Positions 57,471-64,000 of a stretch of DNA of 64,000 nt are shown here, piece after piece. Position 1 is the stretch's first letter, and each line of letters opens with the position of its first letter. Location of the stretch: positions 42,705 through 106,704 of the IMG/VR virus record IMGVR_UViG_3300025849_000016; one strand, 5' to 3'. The position numbers and the translations under genes are program-made. The notes below the pieces were generated by a model that was given only the letters and a program-made list of their open reading frames with translations, did not search any database and had not been told where the DNA came from. Source of the DNA: a virus.

Positions 57471-58094
57471 TTATTGGAGTTTACTGATTATGTTAATCAG
57501 TGATTCCTTAAGATACTTTTGTGCCTTTTCGTCATTTTTTGTTGCCTGCGCTAATTCGTATGCCTGATATCCTCCGCGAGCGTTCATTAAATGCTCATAG
57601 ATTGGTGTTGGATATGCACCAGGGGCGCTGGGCTGAGCCACAACGTCCACAGTGATTATTTCAAAGTCCGATACTTCACCGGACCCATCTTCTCGTACAT
57701 TGCCAGAGCCCCTAGAGGAGACACCTAATTTAACTCCGCTTTGCAGCATTGTTTCAACTAACTGTCCCATAGGGGTTGGCAGAATTTTTAACTTACCATA
57801 TCCGTTAGCATCGTCCATCCAAGTTTCAGATATCATATGACTAACACGATCTAAGTTAATATTAAGTCCTTCAGGATGATCAACTTCTCCGAGAACACTA
57901 TATCCTCCTTGTATTTGATCATTGAGAGTTTTGACAGCCCTGCCAATTTCATTTACAGGATATACACGCTGATTTGCATTGCGTATCCCTCCTTGAATGA
58001 TAATTCCCTTCATATAAAGGTCCTTACCTTCGTTAGCAGACTCGACAACAATCTTTGCCTGGTCGAATGTCAAGTTCTCTCGTAAGTTTCTCAT
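57471..58094 (-). CDS. gp21: Prohead protease, T4 gp21 family
   Basis: RNANQRVYP, GEVDHP (His), LGVSSRGSG (Ser), DVVAQPSAPGA (Asp). Confidence 0.95.
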   Translation of the reverse strand: MRNLRENLTFDQAKIVVESANEGKDLYMKGIIIQGGIRNANQRVYPVNEIGRAVKTLNDQIQGGYSVLGEVDHPEGLNINLDRVSHMISETWMDDANGYGKLKILPTPMGQLVETMLQSGVKLGVSSRGSGNVREDGSGEVSDFEIITVDVVAQPSAPGAYPTPIYEHLMNARGGYQAYELAQATKNDEKAQKYLKESLINIISKLQ

Positions 58095-58110
58095 TACCTA
58101 ATTTCCTTAA

Positions 58111-59073
58111 TTAAGAACCAATAGTCGACTTTTTGTTTTGTCCATTGTCGCCTGCGGCTTTTTTCTCTGCACCATGTCCTGGAGCAGGTTTATTAGCTTT
58201 TGAAGCTTTTCCGCCTGGTACGTTTACGTTCCCTGCGTTATCTTCTTTTTCACTCATGTCACCTAATCCATCATGAGCACCGGCTTCGTTGTCTTTACCT
58301 TGTGTCATGTTAGATGCTGTTCCACCCATGTCGTTTTTACTTGCAACTGGTGATTTTGTATTGTCGCCGTTGTCACCCATGTTACCATAAGCATGGTAAT
58401 GGTCGCCACCGATTTTTTCTACATATTCACGCATTTGCTCTGTTGGTGATTTTTCAACATTGTCTGAAGCTTCTTCAACTTCATCGTCAGCTTCAAAAGC
58501 CATTGCTTCTTCTTCGCCTTCTTCGTCGTCGCCTGCATCCATATCCATTTCTGGTTCTTCTGCATCGTCGTCGTCGCCGCCGTCACCCATCATTGCTGCA
58601 AACTCATCTTTTAATGCGTCTAATGCTGCTTCTAGGTCGTCAAGTGCAGCTTCTGCTCCACCTTCGTCGCCGTCTGCATCATCGTCGCCTTCTTCGTCGT
58701 CACCGGCCATAGCTGCTAGATCACCCATCATATTGTCTGTTGGGTCTGCTTCCATTGCTGGTTCCATGTCCATGAATTCTTCAACTTCTTCGTCAGCTGC
58801 TTCGTCTAGGTCTTCATCTGACTCGTCTACTTCTTCATCAGTTGCTTCATCTAGATCTTCGTCATCTGACTCGTCTACTTCTTCATCAGTTGCTTCATCT
58901 ACTTCTTCATCAGTTGTTTCTTCAACTTCTTCGTCAGCTTCTTCTGAAAGTAACTTTTCATATATATCTCTTGATTTTTCTACCACAATCTCGTGGAATA
59001 ACTCTTCAGCACCTACACGATCTTCGTTTACAAGGCGCTCGAGCATTTCTTCGAACTTATTTGTTTCTGACAT
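58111..59073 (-). CDS. Highly acidic prohead core/internal protein (320 aa)
   Basis: D/E-rich low-complexity protein in the gp67/gp68 position between portal and protease; AGGAG SD. Confidence 0.7.
   Translation of the reverse strand: MSETNKFEEMLERLVNEDRVGAEELFHEIVVEKSRDIYEKLLSEEADEEVEETTDEEVDEATDEEVDESDDEDLDEATDEEVDESDEDLDEAADEEVEEFMDMEPAMEADPTDNMMGDLAAMAGDDEEGDDDADGDEGGAEAALDDLEAALDALKDEFAAMMGDGGDDDDAEEPEMDMDAGDDEEGEEEAMAFEADDEVEEASDNVEKSPTEQMREYVEKIGGDHYHAYGNMGDNGDNTKSPVASKNDMGGTASNMTQGKDNEAGAHDGLGDMSEKEDNAGNVNVPGGKASKANKPAPGHGAEKKAAGDNGQNKKSTIGS
58790..58945 (-). repeat. 24/48-bp acidic coding repeats (EEVDEATD-like)
   Basis: 58814-58853 is identical to 58862-58901 (40 bp). Confidence 0.8.
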
Positions 59074-59119
59074 TATAATCTCCTATAAATGTATGTACCT
59101 ATGGCTAGGCTGTCAATAG

Positions 59120-59125
59120 TATTTA
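59120..59125 (-). promoter_or_regulatory. T4-like late promoter core (GTAAATACTATT) for the core-protease-scaffold-capsid unit
   Basis: Follows a terminator-like hairpin; the leader has a CCUA-GCCA-UAGG hairpin. Confidence 0.6.
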
Positions 59126-59148
59126 CACAATTGAAAGAAAAGTACACA

Positions 59149-59174
59149 GAAATAGGCTCAAAACGAGCCGTTTT
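59149..59174 (-). terminator. Probable intrinsic terminator overlapping the stop of the 196-aa gene
   Basis: GGCUC-GUUUU-GAGCC followed by UAUUUCU (imperfect U-tract). Confidence 0.45.
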
Positions 59175-59748
59175 GAAGATTTTTAAGAAATACTGATATA
59201 TCTTGTGTTCTGTAATTGCTATTATTTAGTTGTGTTGGATTGTAATTATATGGTGCTATAACACGAATATAAGTTTTTTCTTGATAACTTGTTATTACAG
59301 TTCTTGTTTGTTTAACCCAATTTCCGTAATATGTTGCCTTTGCGTCTGATGGTTTGTAATTTTTAGATCCTGAAAATATATTATTAACTGTAGTATTATC
59401 TTCTAAACCATGATAATCAAAACCTAAAATATATATTGTTTCGTGGTTGTGTTGACTTGCCAACCATAATGCAGTCGGCCCACTACTCCAACCTTTTGAA
59501 GGATTAAAAAAATTAAGGCGTCTAAAATCAGAATATCTTTTATTTGGATTAGTCCATACAGTATTGTATATTTGATAATTGTTATTACAGATTTCAATAA
59601 CCATTTTAGGATCTACTGCAATTAAATAATCAGGAGAAAAGTCTCTATACACTGCATTGCAAGCATATACAGGTCCGTGTTTTTGTAATTCTGTAAGATC
59701 GATAGGAGATCGGCTTACGCCGTTACCTACAACAAATGCAATAGTCAT
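59158..59748 (-). CDS. DUF115/Maf/sialyltransferase-fold putative glycosyltransferase (196 aa)
   Basis: AFVVGNGVS, YACN, PDYLIAVD, SSGPTALWLA and IYILGFDY motifs of this Rossmann-like family. Confidence 0.65.
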   Translation of the reverse strand: MTIAFVVGNGVSRSPIDLTELQKHGPVYACNAVYRDFSPDYLIAVDPKMVIEICNNNYQIYNTVWTNPNKRYSDFRRLNFFNPSKGWSSGPTALWLASQHNHETIYILGFDYHGLEDNTTVNNIFSGSKNYKPSDAKATYYGNWVKQTRTVITSYQEKTYIRVIAPYNYNPTQLNNSNYRTQDISVFLKNLQNGSF

Positions 59749-59767
59749 ATATTATATATTTTAAAAA

Positions 59768-60013
59768 TTATATAGCTGCTTCAGCATTGGCAGCTACGCC
59801 ATACATTTGACGAACAAATTCTAGTTCTTTAACTTTTTCGTCGTTATGATAATCACTTGCTTTGCGCATTTTATTAATTTGTCGCAATGATAGTCGTGTT
59901 TTACGAGTATCTTCTTTTTCTAATTGAGATTCATCGTTTTCTAAATCAAGATGTGGTTCGTCACTAGGTTCTAGTGTTTCTTTATCAAAGTAATATAGTT
60001 CACGTATTATCAT
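59768..60013 (-). CDS. Small hypothetical head-module protein (81 aa, MIIRELYY...)
   Basis: Start moved to ATG 60013 to avoid overlap with the portal gene; TRKTRLSLRQINKMRK...FVRQMYG. Confidence 0.7.
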   Translation of the reverse strand: MIIRELYYFDKETLEPSDEPHLDLENDESQLEKEDTRKTRLSLRQINKMRKASDYHNDEKVKELEFVRQMYGVAANAEAAI

Positions 60014-60017
60014 ACTG

Positions 60018-60025
60018 TATTTATA
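60018..60025 (-). promoter_or_regulatory. Perfect T4 late promoter TATAAATA overlapping the portal stop codon
   Basis: Exact T4 sigma-late consensus, 4 nt upstream of ATG 60013. Confidence 0.65.
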
Positions 60026-61760
60026 CCGTTTGGTCCATTGTCGGCGGTGATGAAATGTCATCTCCTGTTACCGTCGACGGTCCTTCCCCGGCTCCTCCAT
60101 CTATTGCTCCGTCGGTATCTGGAATTTCTTCTTCGCCTGCACCAAGATCATCCTCAATGCCAGCACTACTAATTCCAGCGCCTCGCATTTCACCGCTAGA
60201 ATCTGTTGCCGGAGTTTCTAAGTTTTCTTCATTTTCTTCACGCCATAGACGTTCGTTTTCTGCAATTTCTTGATCAGTCATTCCTAAGAAACGTTTCATT
60301 GCAAATCTATTACTAACAAAAGGAATAGCACTCATTGTTTGGAATGTTGGAATACGTGCATTATCAACTTCGCTTTGTCTATATGCTGCAAAGTTCTGTG
60401 GAGGTTGAAATTCTAAATCAAACATTCCAACATCAACATTAACACCTTTTTCCAATAAGTAACGTTTAAATTCTTGATTAAATTGTTCGTTAATTAGTCC
60501 TTGTAAACGCTTGCAATATTCATTAAATCTTAATTCTTGAATATATGCTGTTCCGACTCTACCGTCATTGTATTGACTAGCTGAGTCATCAGCCCCGGTT
60601 GGCAAATAACTGCTAGGAATTCGTAAACCACGTACGAGCTTATTAGTAAAATATCTGAGATCGTCAATTTCTCCTAAATTTGTGCCGCCCGGTAATGTTT
60701 CAACTTTTGATCCTCTACCTTCAGCAGTTTGTGGAAAGAAGTAGTCTTCGTTGATTGACAGTGGATTATAGCTTGAGTCTATGACATTAGTTCCGCCACC
60801 TGTCTTGGATGGGATTCGTCTTTGATGAATTTCCGTTTTAACACGCTCAACAAATTGCATCGCAAGGTGTGATGGCATGTTACCCACATCAACGTAGAAT
60901 ACTCTGCGCTCTGGCGCACGTTGGACACGATAGATGATAATCGCATCTTCAAGCAATTCTTTTTGCTTGTATACTTTAAAAATTGTTTCTAATAAACTAT
61001 TACCAAACGGATAGTTTTGATCTAATCCTTCCGACAATGAAAGATGTATAACATTTTCTGCATTAACTGATACTTCGCCTTCGCCTTCGTTAAATCTACT
61101 TCCAGTTGATTTACTAACAGTTCCTGTCATTCCTCTAGAACCGCCGGTTATATAATTTCCTTGCGGGCCTGTACTATTTGTATTTGTTTGGAAAGGAGTT
61201 GTAGCAACCATGTCTTTAAAGTTTAAATTAAAATCTTTAATTACATATTGTTCTGGAGTTTTTCCTTCACTTTCGTTTACAATAATTCTTACAACATTTG
61301 CAGGGTCAACATGAAACCACTTCTTAGTTTCTGGATCTCTAACAAAAAATGCATCACCATACTTAAAAACATTACGCACAATACGAAACAATCGTGTTTC
61401 AAAACTTTGTAATTTTGTCCACTGTTTTAAATATTGTTCTAGAATTGTAATTTCGCTATTCGTAGCTTTTGTATTAAAATTCATATTAAAACTTAAATGA
61501 GTTTCATCATGTTTTTGTGTGCAAAACTCTGCAAGAATATCTAATGCTGCATTTACTTCTGAATCTAAATCCATTGTGTTATATTGGCCGTAACGTTCAA
61601 CACGATTAGGTGTACCAATATACACATCTGGTAAGTATGAGGAATAATTAGAACGAGCCGGGCCTGGTTGACTTCCATTACTTGGTCCGCCTAGCGGTCC
61701 GTAATTTCCATTATTTCCGTTGCCAACAGGCACAGGGGTGAAATGTTTCTTCCAACTCAT
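60021..61760 (-). CDS. gp20: Portal vertex protein, T4 gp20 family
   Basis: LEDAIIIYRVQRAPERRVFYVDVGNMP, EDYFFP, GRGSKVETLPGG.NLGEIDD. Confidence 0.95.
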   Translation of the reverse strand: MSWKKHFTPVPVGNGNNGNYGPLGGPSNGSQPGPARSNYSSYLPDVYIGTPNRVERYGQYNTMDLDSEVNAALDILAEFCTQKHDETHLSFNMNFNTKATNSEITILEQYLKQWTKLQSFETRLFRIVRNVFKYGDAFFVRDPETKKWFHVDPANVVRIIVNESEGKTPEQYVIKDFNLNFKDMVATTPFQTNTNSTGPQGNYITGGSRGMTGTVSKSTGSRFNEGEGEVSVNAENVIHLSLSEGLDQNYPFGNSLLETIFKVYKQKELLEDAIIIYRVQRAPERRVFYVDVGNMPSHLAMQFVERVKTEIHQRRIPSKTGGGTNVIDSSYNPLSINEDYFFPQTAEGRGSKVETLPGGTNLGEIDDLRYFTNKLVRGLRIPSSYLPTGADDSASQYNDGRVGTAYIQELRFNEYCKRLQGLINEQFNQEFKRYLLEKGVNVDVGMFDLEFQPPQNFAAYRQSEVDNARIPTFQTMSAIPFVSNRFAMKRFLGMTDQEIAENERLWREENEENLETPATDSSGEMRGAGISSAGIEDDLGAGEEEIPDTDGAIDGGAGEGPSTVTGDDISSPPTMDQTV

Positions 61761-61769
61761 ATTACAATC

Positions 61770-64000
61770 CTAATCTAATCCCAATTGTAGATCACCACCT
61801 TTAAGTGCTTTTGCAGTGTCTTTATTGTAATCTCTATTTTCCATTAATATCATCTTTACGGCATCAAGTGTTGTATTTAACCGATTTAACTGTTCTGCGT
61901 TCATTTGTGAACCACCGCCACCACCGCCACCGATACTGTCCATTTTACCAAGAACATCGCCAGCATTAGTTCCTGTTCCAAGTCCAACTTTATTATCTTT
62001 AGAAAGTTCATCGTTTAATTCACTAAGAACTTTTACTAATTGTGTCATACTTTCAGTATACTGTATAACACTTGAATTGTCAAGTGTATTCAACGCATTT
62101 ACACCTGTAGCAATACTTACATTACTTAACGCATTTATTGATGTTGCAAATGTAGTTAAATCAGGTACTTCTGCTAGAGCTGTAAGTCTTTGTGCCAAGT
62201 ATGCATCTATTGTTACACCTTCTATATCTGTAAAAGTACTTAATGCAGTACTCATTGACGACATAGCTTCTGCATTTGTCTTAACATTTTTTGCATTTAG
62301 ATCTAAAGCGCCAAATGCCTTTAATTGATCGAATGGTGTATCTGTTCCAAACAGTCCGCTTATTGCACTTGAGAAACTTGAAAATATTCCCTTTTCAGGC
62401 ATCATTACAACACCACTCATTGCTGCACTAAATGATGCCATTGCTTCAGCATTTGACTTAACTTTTGCATTATCAATGTTTAATGCGCCAAATGCAATCA
62501 ACTGATCAAACGGTGTGTTTACTCCCAAGAACCCTGATATTGCAGAACCAATACTTGCAAAAATTCCTTTTTCAGGCATCATAGTAACGCTCGACATTGC
62601 AGTGCTAAATGCTGACATAGCTTCTGCATTTGTTTTAATTCTTGCAGTATCTAATTCTAGAACAGAAAACTTTGTAAGTTGCGTTAGTGGATCTTCTGCT
62701 CCAAATAGTTTACCTATGCCGCCTGCTATTCCGCTTACAAGTGTACCTAGACCTTCACCTGCAGAACTCTGAGATGCTACATTCATTGCTGTACTAAATG
62801 CAACCATTGCTTCTGCATTAGTTTTAACTTTTGCAGTATCTATGTCATAGCTTGCAAATTTAACCATATCTGCAAAAATATCATTGTTATCTTTGCCGCC
62901 AAATAGTTTACCTATGCCACCTGCTATTCCGCTTACTAGAGTTCCTAGACCATCAATTGCATTACTTCCCGATGCTAGTGCCATTGCTGTACTAAATGCA
63001 ACCATTGCTTCTGCATTAGTTTTAACTTTTGCAGTATCTATGTCATAGCTTGCAAATTTAACCATATCTGCAAAAATATCATTGTTATCTTTGCCGCCGA
63101 ATAAACTTCCAATGCCACCTGCAATACCAGATACTAAAGATCCAAGACCTTCTGCTGCGGATGCTCCTCCTGCTGCTGCCATTGCTTTACTAAATGCAAC
63201 CATTGCGTCTGCGTTATTTTTAACTTTAGCTCCGTCAATATTTGCTGCTGCAAAAGTTTTTAATTGTTCTAGAGGATCGTCGGCACCAAATAGTTTTCCT
63301 ATAGCACCTGTAATACCCCCAACCATTGCGCCTAGACCTGCAACGGCTGATCCTGCGCCAAATGCTGCCATTGCTGCACTTAATGCTAACATTCCTGTAG
63401 CAGCACTAGCTAATGCGTCTCCATCTATGTCTTCAAATGATTTTAATCCGTCAACAAACGTAGGTAATGATTTACCTAATAACCATGCAGCACCTGCTAT
63501 ACCGGCACCAACTGCTGTAATAGCACCTCCGAGTATACCAGCACCGATTAATATCTGCGGATTAGCAAATGCTTTTAGACCAGCAGCAGCGCCTTTCATT
63601 ACGCCTGCACCCATTTGTCCTACAAAGTTACCAATTTGTGCACCTGCTCTGCCGCCAGCTGCTCCTGGTTTTCCTTTTGGTGCTTTAGGTGTACTACCAC
63701 CGCCTGCTGCATCTCCGCCACTGAATATTTTACCAGCTATATTAGATACAGTTCCGCCAATTGCAGATTTAAATGCACCAGCTAATGCACCTGTAACTGC
63801 TTTAGCAGCAAATAATGCACCTATTCCGGCTACTATGCCTGCAACTAAACCTTTGTTTTCCCATACTTTACCAAGGCCATCACCTAACATTTCAAATATA
63901 GTACCAAAAGGATCTTCTGAAAACTTTGTAAGCATATCTGCAAAGTATTCTGTTGCGCTAAGTAGTTGTTCTGAGAATGTAACAAGTAAGTCTGATAATT
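61770..64000 (-). CDS. Tape-measure-like alpha-helical repeat protein, 5' partial
   Basis: Frame stays open from 63935 to the window end; Ala/Gly-rich amphipathic repeats GIAGGIGKLFG...VKTNAEAMxAFSxAM. Confidence 0.7.
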   Translation of the reverse strand, partial: LSDLLVTFSEQLLSATEYFADMLTKFSEDPFGTIFEMLGDGLGKVWENKGLVAGIVAGIGALFAAKAVTGALAGAFKSAIGGTVSNIAGKIFSGGDAAGGGSTPKAPKGKPGAAGGRAGAQIGNFVGQMGAGVMKGAAAGLKAFANPQILIGAGILGGAITAVGAGIAGAAWLLGKSLPTFVDGLKSFEDIDGDALASAATGMLALSAAMAAFGAGSAVAGLGAMVGGITGAIGKLFGADDPLEQLKTFAAANIDGAKVKNNADAMVAFSKAMAAAGGASAAEGLGSLVSGIAGGIGSLFGGKDNNDIFADMVKFASYDIDTAKVKTNAEAMVAFSTAMALASGSNAIDGLGTLVSGIAGGIGKLFGGKDNNDIFADMVKFASYDIDTAKVKTNAEAMVAFSTAMNVASQSSAGEGLGTLVSGIAGGIGKLFGAEDPLTQLTKFSVLELDTARIKTNAEAMSAFSTAMSSVTMMPEKGIFASIGSAISGFLGVNTPFDQLIAFGALNIDNAKVKSNAEAMASFSAAMSGVVMMPEKGIFSSFSSAISGLFGTDTPFDQLKAFGALDLNAKNVKTNAEAMSSMSTALSTFTDIEGVTIDAYLAQRLTALAEVPDLTTFATSINALSNVSIATGVNALNTLDNSSVIQYTESMTQLVKVLSELNDELSKDNKVGLGTGTNAGDVLGKMDSIGGGGGGGSQMNAEQLNRLNTTLDAVKMILMENRDYNKDTAKALKGGDLQLGLD
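62784..63098 (-). repeat. 198-bp-period tandem coding duplication
   Basis: 62784-62900 is identical to 62982-63098 (117 bp). Confidence 0.9.

Noticed and set aside
483-62772. Dozens of plus-strand ORFs and nested minus-strand alternate-frame ORFs in the ORF track
   Set aside because: They are antisense or off-frame shadows of long Gly/Thr/Asp-rich genes (Pro/Val/Ser-rich translations) with no recognisable motifs.
1-64000. Stop-codon recoding, inteins, or introns and homing endonucleases in head genes
   Set aside because: The standard code gives long, tightly packed ORFs using TAA, TAG and TGA stops; gp20, gp21 and gp23 are uninterrupted.

Overview
The window is part of the virion morphogenesis region of a large, AT-rich, T4-like (myovirus-type) bacteriophage. 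Every credible gene is on the minus strand. In transcription order (right to left) it holds: a partial tape-measure-like repeat protein; the head module (gp20 portal, a small ORF, a DUF115/sialyltransferase-fold protein, an acidic core protein, gp21 protease, gp22 scaffold and an unusually short 388-aa gp23 major capsid protein); a ~600-bp intergenic RNA island; and ~54 kb of fibre and adhesin-like structural genes, including five consecutive giants of 1132, 2855, 3586, 2060 and ~2134 aa. A gene at 1..2899, missing from the ORF track, runs off the left edge. The RNA island contains a glnA-type glutamine riboswitch ahead of an unannotated 32-aa peptide, a sigma70-promoted and terminated ~240-nt manA-like pseudoknotted RNA, and a pseudoknotted late leader. 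Other notable features are a duplicated gene junction suggesting plug-and-socket chaining of the giant fibres, four intact blue-copper (cupredoxin) ligand sets in virion proteins, and six paralogous glycine-rich adhesin-like modules. Family assignments come from motifs recognised by eye, not from database searches.
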